DNA from: Bdellovibrionota bacterium
GTDB taxonomy: Bacteria; Bdellovibrionota_C; UBA2361; JBGSMV01
Length of the DNA stretch: 64,000 bases
NCBI GenBank assembly: GCA_041739995.1
Contig: JBGSMV010000008.1
Span: 1-64,000 of the forward strand
Reading direction: 5' to 3'
Every line of letters begins with the position of its first letter. The first letter of the stretch is position 1. Below the pieces are notes generated by a model that saw only the letters and a list, made by a program, of their open reading frames with translations, was not told where the DNA came from and made no database searches. Position numbers and translations under genes: made by a program. This document shows positions 9,364 to 22,944 of the stretch, piece by piece.

Positions 9364-10575
9364 ATGGCCTCGACGTTTCTTATGGATACAATTGCGCAAA
9401 TTGACTCCGGTGCTCTGCAGGGTCGTACTCGAGTAACGATACGCTCTGGCCTCACTGAATTTCCGAGAGCACTTCTAAAGCTCTCAGACTCTCTGGAGAT
9501 TTTAGACCTTTCCGGCAATTCCTTAAGTTCCTTGCCTGATTGGATTACTGAGTTTCCAAAATTAAAAATACTCTTTCTTAGTCAGAATAAATTCCTTGAA
9601 TACCCCGCGATACTTGGAAAATGTCCGTCGCTTTCTATGGTGGGGTTTAAATCGAATACAATCTCGCATGTTCCTGAAGCATCACTGTCGCCCAATTTGC
9701 ACTGGTTGATTCTTACCGACAATAAAATTAGCCAGCTTCCTGATTCCATTAGTGAGTGCACCAAACTTCGCAAAGTGATGTTTGCAGGAAACAAGCTCAC
9801 GAAACTGCCAAGCGGAATGTCACGCTGTAGGGACATTGAACTCCTACGAATTTCAGCCAATCAGTTAGAAGATATTCCGGAGTGGCTCTTCGAGCTTCCG
9901 AAGCTTGCTTGGTTGGCTCTCGCCGGCAATCCAATATCGTCACTTCGCGATTCGCTGCCACGCGCAATGCCAAAATGTGATTGGAGCACCATTCAACTAG
10001 GCGCCGCACTCGGCTCAGGGGCGTCCGGAGTGACCTATCGGGCACAACTTGGTGTCGAATCGAAGACGCCACGACAAGTGGCAATTAAGCTTTTTAAAGC
10101 ATCGATTACCAGTGACGGATCAGCGAAGAATGAGATCTTTGCTTCAGGCGTTATCGACCAGCATCCGAATTTACTTACAGCCGAGTCAGAGATTGAGAAT
10201 CATCCGCAGGGAACACTAGGAATGATTCTTCCGCTAATCGGCGAGGAGTTCAAAATTCTAGCCCACCCGCCAAGTCTTGAAACCTGCACTCGCGATGTGT
10301 ACGAAGCGAACGGACGGGTTACCGCAGATTTCGCGTCAAAGGTGACTGCTCGGATTTCTGAGGCCGTTTCTCATCTACATTGTGCGGGAGTGATGCACGG
10401 CGATCTCTATGCCCACAATATTCTTGTGAGCGAAGCCGGAGACGCGATACTAAGCGATCTCGGTGCAGCGAGTTGCTTCGCGAATCCACAAAGCGAATTT
10501 GCGAGGCGATGTTATCAGATAGAAGCGCGTGCGATGCGCCATCTGGAAATGGAGCTTCAGTTCCATTCTCGATGA
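9364..10575 (+). CDS. Leucine-rich-repeat protein kinase
   Basis: About 7 LxxLxLxxN repeats, then kinase motifs LGSGASGVTY, VAIKLFK, HGDLYAHNIL, SDLG. Confidence 0.88.
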   Translation: MASTFLMDTIAQIDSGALQGRTRVTIRSGLTEFPRALLKLSDSLEILDLSGNSLSSLPDWITEFPKLKILFLSQNKFLEYPAILGKCPSLSMVGFKSNTISHVPEASLSPNLHWLILTDNKISQLPDSISECTKLRKVMFAGNKLTKLPSGMSRCRDIELLRISANQLEDIPEWLFELPKLAWLALAGNPISSLRDSLPRAMPKCDWSTIQLGAALGSGASGVTYRAQLGVESKTPRQVAIKLFKASITSDGSAKNEIFASGVIDQHPNLLTAESEIENHPQGTLGMILPLIGEEFKILAHPPSLETCTRDVYEANGRVTADFASKVTARISEAVSHLHCAGVMHGDLYAHNILVSEAGDAILSDLGAASCFANPQSEFARRCYQIEARAMRHLEMELQFHSR

Positions 10576-10778
10576 CTGGACAGCCGAAGCTTTGATTTTG
10601 CTTGCTAGAAGATTGTTGAGTGCGGCACTGAACAATTGAGGGAAGGCTCTCCCCGAGGCGCATCTTGCCAAAGCCGGAGACGCTGCCTACTGACCTTCCA
10701 CTTCTTGCGATTCGCACCCTTTGCAATTTTGTTGTATATCCCACGCAAGCTTAGAGAGCTCATTTTTGGGGGAGTAAC

Positions 10779-11234
10779 ATGAAGCCAATTCTTGTAACCA
10801 CTGACTTGTCGGATCACTCGACCCACGCCTTTTCGCTCGCCAGGACAATGGCCGAAAAACTTGGCGCACCTATCACACTTCTCGCGGTGGTTGAAGATCT
10901 GGCCCAGATTGCCTTTGCATACGCGATGGAACTCCCTACTTACCCGGACCCTGAGATTCACAAGCTGCGCCTTAAGAAGGTGACCTCTGACCTAGAAGCC
11001 ATGAAGAACAAGTTCTTTGCAGGCCTCGAATGTGAGACCGTGGTGGTGGAAGCGGTAGGAAGCGTCGGGGCAGAGATCTGCGCGTACGCCAAGAAACACG
11101 AATCACAGCTTATCGTCATTTCCTCGCATGGACGTAGCGGGCTCTCACGGTTACTTCTTGGAAGCGTTGCCGAGCGCGTGACCAGAGAATCCCCTTGCCC
11201 GGTGCTTCTTGTGCCTATGCGAAAACAGGACTGA
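10779..11234 (+). CDS. Universal stress protein (UspA family)
   Basis: ILVTTDLSDHS, LIVISSHGRSGLSRLLLGSVAERVTRESPCPVLLV. Confidence 0.93.
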   Translation: MKPILVTTDLSDHSTHAFSLARTMAEKLGAPITLLAVVEDLAQIAFAYAMELPTYPDPEIHKLRLKKVTSDLEAMKNKFFAGLECETVVVEAVGSVGAEICAYAKKHESQLIVISSHGRSGLSRLLLGSVAERVTRESPCPVLLVPMRKQD

Positions 11235-11620
11235 CGCTAGCGTACCCCCCTCGGATCCGCAAGGCTTACTCCTACAAAATAGCGAATGCCTCACTGAAGT
11301 CCCGTGCCCGTAGCGCTTCCTGATTTCAAGATAGACCCACGTCAACTCTTTTATTTCTCGATCAATCAGGTGAATCACAGCTCATTCATCACCAGCCCTG
11401 ACTATTTTCTTAGCGCGCCATTCCGACGCAAAATCACACGCCTCGTTCATTAGAATTGTTATCCGAGACTATGGAGCGAACAGGTTGCGTGAGCAGTGGG
11501 TGAGCGCCTTTTAAACGAGTCGCGCACTCACTGCTTTACATGAATTGTTGTGGCCGATTCCACGACCAGTGGAATGCCGAAAGAGATACTGGCGATCTCC
11601 CTCAGAAAGGAGTGCCCACG

Positions 11621-12083
11621 ATGGCACAGACACCACAAGATCCAGAGGAGTTCACCGAGTTTTTCGCGAGCAAGATACGCATCTTGCGTCCATCACTTCC
11701 CGTCCAGATCTCTGATACTTGGGAGTTGATCGTCGGCGCTTGGCGGCTGAGGCTGAGCGATCCTTTTCGCTTGGTCAGACGAGACTTCCACCGCGGAGCT
11801 GAGATCGTCGAGAACTATCTCAGTGGATGGCTGTCCTATCTACTGGGACGGTTATAAAGATGCGCGCTATGAGGAGGTCAGATACCGTATCATGCCGCGG
11901 CTCCAGCCAAATAGCATTTTTGAGAGGCTGGACAAAGATGAGGCTGCGCATGCTCCTTTCGTTAATGACACGATCCTATTCATGCCCCACGCGACCGTGA
12001 GCATCACTGTCGCGCAAATGAATCGCTGGGGGATTTCTATCGAGGAACATAAGCAGCTTGCTCGCGCAAATCTAGGGATTTAG
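11621..12083 (+). pseudogene. Frameshifted, truncated DUF1444-like gene remnant
   Basis: AAGGAG RBS and ATG at 11621; homology continues across two frames (..RGAEIVENYL / RIMPRLQPNSIF..APFVNDT..TVSITVAQMNRWGISIEE..ARANL) and then stops; family recalled from planctomycete proteins. Confidence 0.55.
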
Positions 12084-12398
12084 AGCGAGCCGCGAATGAA
12101 TACTAATTCATCGCCTACAAGGCTTTAGCACCAAAGGGATGTGCAAACGCTACCTACCTCCCGGACCCTATAATTTTTTCCGACAGCACCAACTCTTTGG
12201 TTCACCAGCCGGCGAGAGCGGAACGTCTGAATCCTGCGAAGGAGCAGACGAGGCACTCCCTCTCCCTGAGTCAATTCGTAGGGATTCTATGGCAACCTCT
12301 CGGAGGTTCGTAACCAGGCTAGCGCTAATTCCTGGGCCATATTAGGCTTCCTAAATGGGACTAAAGAAAATCAGGCAGTTGGACGAAAAGTCAAACTA

Positions 12399-12851
12399 AT
12401 GAATTCGGTCTTTCGAAAGTATTTGGCTGTGGTGCTCGCTTCCCTTTGGGGGCTCTGCATCCTACATTGCCTCGCCGACAAAGCCGCAGCGCACTGGCAT
12501 ATCCAGGAGTCGGGAGCCCGCCACCATCATCACCATAATCTCTTTGACGACCAGCAGGAGCATGATCATGGAGGAGAGCCCACCCAGGGGCACTCCCATG
12601 ACTCAGAAGGTGAGGAATGCTGCGACTTGATGATTAGATTGTCGCCATTGTTTCAGATCGAAAGAGGCCCGTCAGTCCATATTCAAGCGAGAAGTTCACT
12701 GAGTACCGCATTGGCTTCACTCGCGTTCATAACCGCACCTGTTTCTGAAATAGTACTGACCAAAAAGAAATCTGAATTTGCCTCTGCAGATCTGCTTACT
12801 CGATTGGGTAGCCTCCTTGCACCCAACGCCCCACCTGCAAACATCGTTTAA
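12399..12851 (+). CDS. His/Cys-rich CzcI/DUF2946-like protein leading the metal-efflux operon
   Basis: Signal/TM segment, HHHHH and HDH..HSH..ECCD motifs, C-terminal APNAPP. Confidence 0.6.
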   Translation: MNSVFRKYLAVVLASLWGLCILHCLADKAAAHWHIQESGARHHHHHNLFDDQQEHDHGGEPTQGHSHDSEGEECCDLMIRLSPLFQIERGPSVHIQARSSLSTALASLAFITAPVSEIVLTKKKSEFASADLLTRLGSLLAPNAPPANIV

Positions 12852-12982
12852 TAAATATCGTAATGGCCAAGCCGCTAAGGCCCAGCTCCCACAGAATCGT
12901 CCGTCCGACGAGTGTGGGGTCTGAACCGGCGACCCAGCTTGAACCGATTTGGTCCTCTTTCGTCAGGAGCGCGAAGACACTT

Positions 12983-14188
12983 ATGAAACTACTAATTCAG
13001 GCTGTGCTCATCGGAGCCGCTTTGGCTCTTCCATCTTCTCTTAACGCCGAAACAACACTCGACTCAGTACTCGACCAGGCACTGAACGAAAGCCCGATGG
13101 TTAAAGAAATCGAAGTCCAGATTGCGACGCAGCGCTCCGTAGGGATTGCGACCACAACCATGAAAAACGCAGAACTCGATGCTGAAATTCGGTTTCCAAC
13201 TTCGTCAGGAGAAAATAGGGGAAGCGATGAAATTGCTGTGTCACTCTCTCAACCACTGCGTCCCAGCGATTTCGGAGCAAGAGCCCGAGTCAACCGTTTG
13301 ATCGCTGCTACCGCCAAGATCGACCGGCAAATCGAACTTCTAGGATTCAGCCAAAGAATCGCGCTGGCCTACGCCAAAGCCTGGGCCATGAAGCGACGCG
13401 AAGGCGAACTTAAAGGATATCTCAAACTCACCTCAGCTATGGAGCAAACAGTAAAAAGCGCGTCGGAAGGGGGATTCCTTTCCCCTGGAGAAGGACTGTT
13501 GTTTGGAGCGGAGGCAAAGAAGGTCCGATATCAGCTCACTGCCATCTCGACTGATGCCAATCGTGCGCAAGCCGATCTATCAAAGCTAGTGGGATTCTCG
13601 GTGGAGGACCGTCTTGTCAGGCCTGAGATATCAAAAATTCCTACGCTGGAGAGCCTCTTTGAAAACGCGACCCTCCCCACCCAAGAGCGCGCAAAGCTTG
13701 CCCTTACGCTAGCTAAGGAGCAGCAAAAACTTTCGGAGTTAGACGCGTACCCCAGTTTCGCCCCAAAACTTGTCTATGAACGCACCAACGACAGTCAAGA
13801 TTATGTTGGGCTTGGGATTTCGATTGACCTGCCGTTCTCTGACAGAAATCAAGCCGACAGGCTCGTGCGCAGCGCGGAAGCCTCTGCCGCTCAAAGCCAA
13901 AATCGCTACTTTGCTGGTGACGGCTTCAAAAACGAAGTTCGGGCCTTGAGTGAAAGTCTGAGTGCATCCGCGGCACTACTCAATGGATACGAAGAAGAGA
14001 TTATTCCAATGTTGCAGGAAGCCTTACGCGCGGAAGAGAAGATGCTCAACTCAGGGCAAGGCTCGGTGTTTCGGGTGTGGCAGACACTGCGAGAACTCTC
14101 CAGCGCAGAGGAAGAAACTATTGAGCGTTTAATTAAATTCTACACCGATAAAACCGAACTCGTCGTTCTCACCGGAACTGATTTCTAA
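12983..14188 (+). CDS. czcC: TolC/CzcC-family outer-membrane efflux protein (ORF open from 12863)
   Basis: Signal peptide after ATG 12983, helical OEP repeats, VGLGISIDLPFSDRNQ; position before MFP and RND genes. Confidence 0.8.
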   Translation: MKLLIQAVLIGAALALPSSLNAETTLDSVLDQALNESPMVKEIEVQIATQRSVGIATTTMKNAELDAEIRFPTSSGENRGSDEIAVSLSQPLRPSDFGARARVNRLIAATAKIDRQIELLGFSQRIALAYAKAWAMKRREGELKGYLKLTSAMEQTVKSASEGGFLSPGEGLLFGAEAKKVRYQLTAISTDANRAQADLSKLVGFSVEDRLVRPEISKIPTLESLFENATLPTQERAKLALTLAKEQQKLSELDAYPSFAPKLVYERTNDSQDYVGLGISIDLPFSDRNQADRLVRSAEASAAQSQNRYFAGDGFKNEVRALSESLSASAALLNGYEEEIIPMLQEALRAEEKMLNSGQGSVFRVWQTLRELSSAEEETIERLIKFYTDKTELVVLTGTDF

Positions 14189-14199
14189 AGGATATCTCT

Positions 14200-15465
14200 A
14201 TGCGAAATATCATATTCTCACTTTGCCTTTGCGCCACTTTACTCTTCACCCATTCTGTTGCACAGGCTGGTGGGGGACACGACCATGGGCATGGCCATGG
14301 ACACGGACATGGGGAGGAGGGTGATGCACACGAAGAACCAAAGAAAGGACCGCACGGGGGCCGACTACTTGAAGAGGGCCATTTTGCCGTCGAAGTCACC
14401 ATCTTCGAGACAGGCGTACCACCGCAGTTCCGAGTGTTCCTTTACCACGATGAGGAACCCATCAAGCCGGACCAAGCGACCGTTGCCATTCGACTGAACC
14501 GCTTTGGAAACAAAAAGGAACACTTTAACTTAGAACCAAGCGGTGAGTATCTCACCCTCGACAAACCTGTTGAGGAACCGCACTCCTTTGATGTCAAGGT
14601 TACCGCTACTTTTTCTGGTAAGAACTATTCCTGGGAGTACCAAACCCACGAGGGACGCACTGAATTAAGCGCGGCCGCGTTGAAAGTGGCTAATATCTCG
14701 ATTGAGGCGGTTGGTCCTCAAGAGATTGCGAGTGTCACAGACGTTTACGGAAGACTGCTTCCGAATCAAGATCTGGTGGCGCACATTATTCCGCGATTTC
14801 CCGGAGTGGTTAGAGAGATTCGCAAAGAATTAGGCGACCGGGTCGGCAAGGGCGAGATTCTCGCCGTCATAGAAAGCAATCAATCTTTGCAAGCCTACGA
14901 GATTCGTTCACCCATCGCAGGAGAGCTTCTCGCTCGTCACGCCACAACTGGTGAATTTGTCCAGGGCACCGAAGAGATCCTCACCGTCGCCGATCTGTCG
15001 GAAGTATGGGCCGACTTCCAGGTCTACCGAGATGACTTCGACTTAATTGAAAAGGGACAACGCATACGAGTTGAACTAGGCAACCGCGAGCCGATTGAAG
15101 CTAAAGTGCGGTACGTTTCGCCAGTCACCGACGAAGCAACTCAATCCAAGCTTGTCAGAGCAGTACTTCCAAATCCTGAAGGCAAGATTCGGCCGGGGCT
15201 TTTCGTTACCGGCTCACTGGCAAGTAATCAGAGCCCCGTTGCACTGGCGGTGCGCAGAGAGGCGATACAAACGTTTCGTGATTGGGATGTGGTGTATCTC
15301 ACCGATGGCCACTCGTTTCAGGCCATGCCGGTGGAACTGGGCAGGAAGGACTCGACTTATGTCGAGGTGCTCTCCGGCCTATCGGTGGGAGACCGATACG
15401 TCAGTCGGAATAGCTATATTATTAAGGCCGATATCGAGAAGGCCGGGGCGAGCCACGATCACTAA
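14200..15465 (+). CDS. czcB: CzcB-type RND periplasmic adaptor (membrane fusion protein)
   Basis: His-rich N-terminus (HDHGHGHGHGH), KGPHGGRLL, IRSPIAG, VADLSEVW, RPGLFV, C-terminal KAGASHDH. Confidence 0.9.
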   Translation: MRNIIFSLCLCATLLFTHSVAQAGGGHDHGHGHGHGHGEEGDAHEEPKKGPHGGRLLEEGHFAVEVTIFETGVPPQFRVFLYHDEEPIKPDQATVAIRLNRFGNKKEHFNLEPSGEYLTLDKPVEEPHSFDVKVTATFSGKNYSWEYQTHEGRTELSAAALKVANISIEAVGPQEIASVTDVYGRLLPNQDLVAHIIPRFPGVVREIRKELGDRVGKGEILAVIESNQSLQAYEIRSPIAGELLARHATTGEFVQGTEEILTVADLSEVWADFQVYRDDFDLIEKGQRIRVELGNREPIEAKVRYVSPVTDEATQSKLVRAVLPNPEGKIRPGLFVTGSLASNQSPVALAVRREAIQTFRDWDVVYLTDGHSFQAMPVELGRKDSTYVEVLSGLSVGDRYVSRNSYIIKADIEKAGASHDH

Positions 15466-18651
<3,186 letters not shown>

Positions 18652-18743
18652 AGTTGAGTTAGGTCTGCGGGCAGAACCTTTTCCTGGTTGAATAGAGTAA
18701 ATCATCAACGCGATCACGTCAGGGAAGGCGCATATATGTGCGC

Positions 18744-19886
18744 CTAACGCTCTGCCGCGTATCCCTCGCCAAAATCCTTTGAATAAACAATCTGGTATAA
18801 CTGGGTGATATTTGCGCGAAAAAGACCGGCACATCCCAGCAGATAGAACTTCCAGATTCGTCTAAATCTCTCGCCATAGTCTAGGTGTAGCTCGTGCCAT
18901 GCGTTCTCAAAATTCTCATGCCAGCGCATCAGCGTCTTGTCATAGTCATGACCAAAGCTATGCCAGTCCTCGAGCACAAACTTGGCTCGAGCCGGCTGCG
19001 CGAGCTCAGTGGGCTTTGGTAAATAGCCATCAGGAAAAATGTGCTTAAGAATCCACATGAGATACTGATCAAAGTAGCGGTTCGATCGTCGTGACACGCT
19101 CTCTGCAGAGATCGTCTCTAGCAGAAACAATCCACCCGGTTTCAGGGCATTCCAAACAACGTCGAAGTAGGTGGGGAGATTTTTACGACCCACGGCCTCA
19201 ATCATCTCAATCGACACGACCCGATCGTAGCTACCACGAATATCTCGGTAATCTTGCAGAAGAATCTCAACCGGTAATCCTTTGCAGGCCTCTCTTGCAA
19301 AATCTGCCTGTGGTTTGGATACGGTCACTCCATGCACAGTCACCCCGAAACGTTCTGCCGCATACTTGGCAAAATTGCCCCATCCGCACCCGATATCCAA
19401 CACACGCATGCCGGGTTCAAGCTTAAGCTTTTTGCAACACATTTCTAGTTTCTGCCACTGTGCCTGGTCTAGTTGGTCGGTGCCTTTAAAATACCCGCAA
19501 GTATACGTCATACTTTCACCGAGCATTCGCTCGAAAAGCGGATTGCCAAGTCCGTAGTGAACTTTTCCTATGTGGTAAGCTCGCTCTCCTTGCTGTGGAT
19601 TGAAGATCTTACTGGAAAGAGCATACAGAAGAATCTGTGCTTGGCGCGCAGCACCAAGACTTTCCTGAGAGCGCATCAGCCAATACACAAGCTCGTCTGT
19701 GCGTTCAAGCTCAATCTTTCCCGCCAGGTAATCCTCTCCAAGTTGAAACAGCCCCCCCGATCGCACACGGGCAAGAATATCGTTAGGCACCCGCTGACTA
19801 AGGCCCGTCGCGTCGATTGAGCAAGTAGCACTCATAGGAAGCGGATCTGCATAACCAATTGCACTCTCAATTACACTCTCAGACAT
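18744..19886 (-). CDS. cfa: Cyclopropane-fatty-acyl-phospholipid synthase (SAM-dependent fatty-acid methyltransferase)
   Basis: HYGLGNPLFERML, MTYTCGYF, VLDIGCGWG, YDRVVSIEMIEAVG, IFPDGYLP, EDWHSFGHDYDKTL. Confidence 0.92.
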   Translation of the reverse strand: MSESVIESAIGYADPLPMSATCSIDATGLSQRVPNDILARVRSGGLFQLGEDYLAGKIELERTDELVYWLMRSQESLGAARQAQILLYALSSKIFNPQQGERAYHIGKVHYGLGNPLFERMLGESMTYTCGYFKGTDQLDQAQWQKLEMCCKKLKLEPGMRVLDIGCGWGNFAKYAAERFGVTVHGVTVSKPQADFAREACKGLPVEILLQDYRDIRGSYDRVVSIEMIEAVGRKNLPTYFDVVWNALKPGGLFLLETISAESVSRRSNRYFDQYLMWILKHIFPDGYLPKPTELAQPARAKFVLEDWHSFGHDYDKTLMRWHENFENAWHELHLDYGERFRRIWKFYLLGCAGLFRANITQLYQIVYSKDFGEGYAAER

Positions 19887-19887
19887 C

Positions 19888-20760
19888 TCAACTCCTCGAT
19901 TTTTGCAGTTTAAATCTGAATTTTTGCGCGAACTTTAGAAGCATTAGTCGCGCTCTCACAAAAATATTCCCCTGGGAAGAGACGACGGTTTCATTCCTTT
20001 GTGAAGGTTTGAAGGAATAGAGTGGCACTCTCTTCTTAGAATACAGCCTGAGCGCCTGCCAAATAATGCGAGACATGGTCAGCCAAACACAAAATGGATA
20101 GCGAACCAGGGCATACATTAGGTTTAGTCGCGTTAAAGGCGACGAAAAGACCACCGCAGAGGTCTCCAAAAGAAGCTTCTCGCCCTGCACGAGATTAATG
20201 TCGATTTGAAATCGGCCCTTTTGCCGATCGATCGAAATGAAATAATCGCCACTGCTTTCAATAAATGGAGAGACATAGAAATCCTTTGAGAAGGCCTCAA
20301 ACTTCGTAGCTCCAGCCGGCCCGCGATCTTTTGAAGGTTTTACTGGATAGAGATGGCGCTCTCCAAAAGTATTTCGCACCTCGCAGATAAGGAGCTCAAT
20401 TTCCTGTGATGAATTTAGGCAAAGGAAAAAACTTGCAGGATTGAACACGTAGCCCAAAAGGCGCGGGGTCGTGATCAGACACACATGATGAGCGTTACCT
20501 GAAAACCCGATTGCGGACAGGTAGTCTCGAACCTTCGTCAGAAGATCCGAAGCCTGGCCCACCAGATGGTCACTCGTGCGAATAGAGAAAAACGACGCCC
20601 ACCTATCAATCGAAAATAATAAGCCTGGGCGAGAGAACTTAGACAGCGCATGAAGGTCTAAGCACACCCAAAACAAAGGATAACGAAACTGTACTATTTC
20701 GGGAAAGTTCCTGCGATGCCACGTATCACCAAAGTAGAGTGCTGAATTCATAAGGTGCAT
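19888..20760 (-). CDS. DUF1365 family protein (UfaO-like)
   Basis: WHRR..P, PRLLGYVFNPASFFLC, EVRNTFGERHLY, KDFYVSPF, IIWQALRLY. Confidence 0.9.
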   Translation of the reverse strand: MHLMNSALYFGDTWHRRNFPEIVQFRYPLFWVCLDLHALSKFSRPGLLFSIDRWASFFSIRTSDHLVGQASDLLTKVRDYLSAIGFSGNAHHVCLITTPRLLGYVFNPASFFLCLNSSQEIELLICEVRNTFGERHLYPVKPSKDRGPAGATKFEAFSKDFYVSPFIESSGDYFISIDRQKGRFQIDINLVQGEKLLLETSAVVFSSPLTRLNLMYALVRYPFCVWLTMSRIIWQALRLYSKKRVPLYSFKPSQRNETVVSSQGNIFVRARLMLLKFAQKFRFKLQKSRS

Positions 20761-22022
20761 CCGAAACGTTCAGCCACCACACAAGCAGAAGCTACCGCAT
20801 CTTCATGAAATCCATAGCCAAGATAGCTTCCGCAGTAATGAACATTGTCGGAAATCTCGCGCTGCAAGAGACCACTCCGAGAGCTCACCACCGCTGCGGT
20901 ATACGCCGGATGGGTGTACTCCGTCTCGTATATAATGTGTGCTTTATCTATAAATGCCTCTGGAGCGTTGAGAGTGACGAAGTAGTCGAACTTGGTCTGC
21001 AAGCCCTGCAACCTATTCATGTAATACGTTATGGGGACTCCCAGGACCTCGGCGTGGCCTTTCCTTCGTACATAATTCCAAGAAGCCCAAAGCCGTCGAG
21101 GCTGCGGGAGAACTGTTCTATCGGTGTGAAGCACCACTCTACTCTTGTGGTACTTCCACTGAGTCAAAGCTGCCTTGTCGCTTGACGAGGGATTGCTAAT
21201 CAGTTGGAGGGATTCATCTGCATGAGTCGCCAGCACCACTTTGTCGAAGTGAAGCGCTTCGCCATTCGCTAAAGATACCGAACACCGCTGCTGCTCCTGC
21301 GCTACGCCAGCAACCGGAGAATCAATGCGCAGCGTTCCAGAGAACACACTCGCAAAGGCCTTGATGTACTGATGACTGCCGCCGATTACAGTCTGCCAGG
21401 TCGGTCTCTTATGCAGCTCAAGCATCCCGTGATTGCGGAAGAAGGCGACAAAAGTCTCGGCCGGGAAACTGAGGATATCCTTATCTGGACTTGACCAGAC
21501 CGAAGCCGCGAGCGGCACCAAGTAGTGCATGATAAAATAATCATCGAGCCTAAGGCGAGCGAAGTAATCCCTCAAGCTAATCCCAGAAAGGGCACCACTA
21601 CTCAGATCGACCAGCGCCTGCCGATTAAACCGTCTTTGCTCAAGAATCAATTTAAGGAAGGGCAAGGAGATTAAATTCCTCGGTGCTTTTAAGAAATCAC
21701 GTATCGCCGGACCAACGTACTGCAAAGAATCTTCAGAGGAGACATAGCCGAACGACATATCTGAATCGCGTAGAGCAATATTGAGCTTTGCAAGAAATTG
21801 ATAGAATTTCGGGTAATTTATGGGGTTGCAAACGATAAAACCGGTATCGATGGCACAGCCCGCATCAGGACCGTCTTCGATTACTCTGGTATTGGTGTGA
21901 CCTCCAAGATACTTGTTCTTCTCAATCAGGGTCACGTCGTGCCGCTGCGAAAGCAGGTATGCCGCCGTCATGCCGGCCACTCCTCCTCCGATAACCGCAA
22001 TAGACTGCCGGAGTGGGTTCAC
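20748..22022 (-). CDS. FAD-dependent oxidoreductase (amine-oxidase-like, UfaD-like)
   Basis: IAVIGGGVAG, LGGHTNT, IDTGFIVCNPINYP, WASWNY, YYMNRLQ, YGFHEDA. Confidence 0.9.
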   Translation of the reverse strand: MNPLRQSIAVIGGGVAGMTAAYLLSQRHDVTLIEKNKYLGGHTNTRVIEDGPDAGCAIDTGFIVCNPINYPKFYQFLAKLNIALRDSDMSFGYVSSEDSLQYVGPAIRDFLKAPRNLISLPFLKLILEQRRFNRQALVDLSSGALSGISLRDYFARLRLDDYFIMHYLVPLAASVWSSPDKDILSFPAETFVAFFRNHGMLELHKRPTWQTVIGGSHQYIKAFASVFSGTLRIDSPVAGVAQEQQRCSVSLANGEALHFDKVVLATHADESLQLISNPSSSDKAALTQWKYHKSRVVLHTDRTVLPQPRRLWASWNYVRRKGHAEVLGVPITYYMNRLQGLQTKFDYFVTLNAPEAFIDKAHIIYETEYTHPAYTAAVVSSRSGLLQREISDNVHYCGSYLGYGFHEDAVASACVVAERFGCTL

Positions 22023-22798
22023 GTTTGAGCTCTCTTATCAACAAAGCGCGCAAGGGGCTTGAACAAAAAGGCAGGAAGTAGCCGAACCAGTGAAATAATC
22101 CAATTGAACGGGAAGGGGAATGTAACGCAGTCAGCTTTCCGTTCGATTCCATCACAGATAATTTTTGCTGCCTTCTGAACGTCGGTGATGAAAGGCATAT
22201 CAAACGTGTTCTTATCGGTCAGCGGTGTCCTCACAAATCCCGGGCATACTATCGTGACAGCGATATTCTTTTTCTCAAGATGGTGTCGAGCACTCTCAAG
22301 AAAATGAATCATAGCCGCTTTGCTCGCGCCATACGCGGCGGCACGAGGAAGACCACGGTATCCGGCAAGGCTCGCTACACCAACCAGATGTCCTTTGTTC
22401 TGCTTAAGCATCTCTGGAACAACAGCGCCAAAAGTTCGAAGCATGCCTCCAAAGTTGATATCCATCAGCTTCAGATAGTCGTCGGTCTTAAACTCAATCT
22501 CTGGATGACTTTCAATGTGGGTGCCCGCATTGGCTACCACGACGTCGATAGGGCCAAAGGAATTCCTGATTTTCTCAACCGCAGATAAAAGATTTTCCTG
22601 ATTGGTAACATCAGCGACACACACGAGAGACTCACCGCCAAGGTTCGAAATCTCTAGTTGAAGTGCTTGAAGCTCTGCTGAACTGCGTGAGGTCAGGGCC
22701 ACCTTGGCTCCTCTGCGCACCAGTTCAATGGCAACGCCGCGACCGATACCGCTACTTGCGCCCGTAACCCAAACTACTTTTCCTTGCAGATATGTCAT
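22019..22798 (-). CDS. Short-chain dehydrogenase/reductase
   Basis: VWVTGASSGIG, ANAG, YGASKAA, PGFVRTPLT. Confidence 0.93.
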   Translation of the reverse strand: MTYLQGKVVWVTGASSGIGRGVAIELVRRGAKVALTSRSSAELQALQLEISNLGGESLVCVADVTNQENLLSAVEKIRNSFGPIDVVVANAGTHIESHPEIEFKTDDYLKLMDINFGGMLRTFGAVVPEMLKQNKGHLVGVASLAGYRGLPRAAAYGASKAAMIHFLESARHHLEKKNIAVTIVCPGFVRTPLTDKNTFDMPFITDVQKAAKIICDGIERKADCVTFPFPFNWIISLVRLLPAFLFKPLARFVDKRAQT

Positions 22799-22944
22799 AT
22801 TACCAACGCTTGCACTCTCAGCTGGAAGCTTATCTCATGTTTTCATTGACGCAACTCTACCGCGTCGCTTTTTCTGACATTTGCGGTTTTCATTATTATC
22901 TTACATGCTCCTTGCGACCAGCCTGCCTAGGTCGCTGTGATTAT

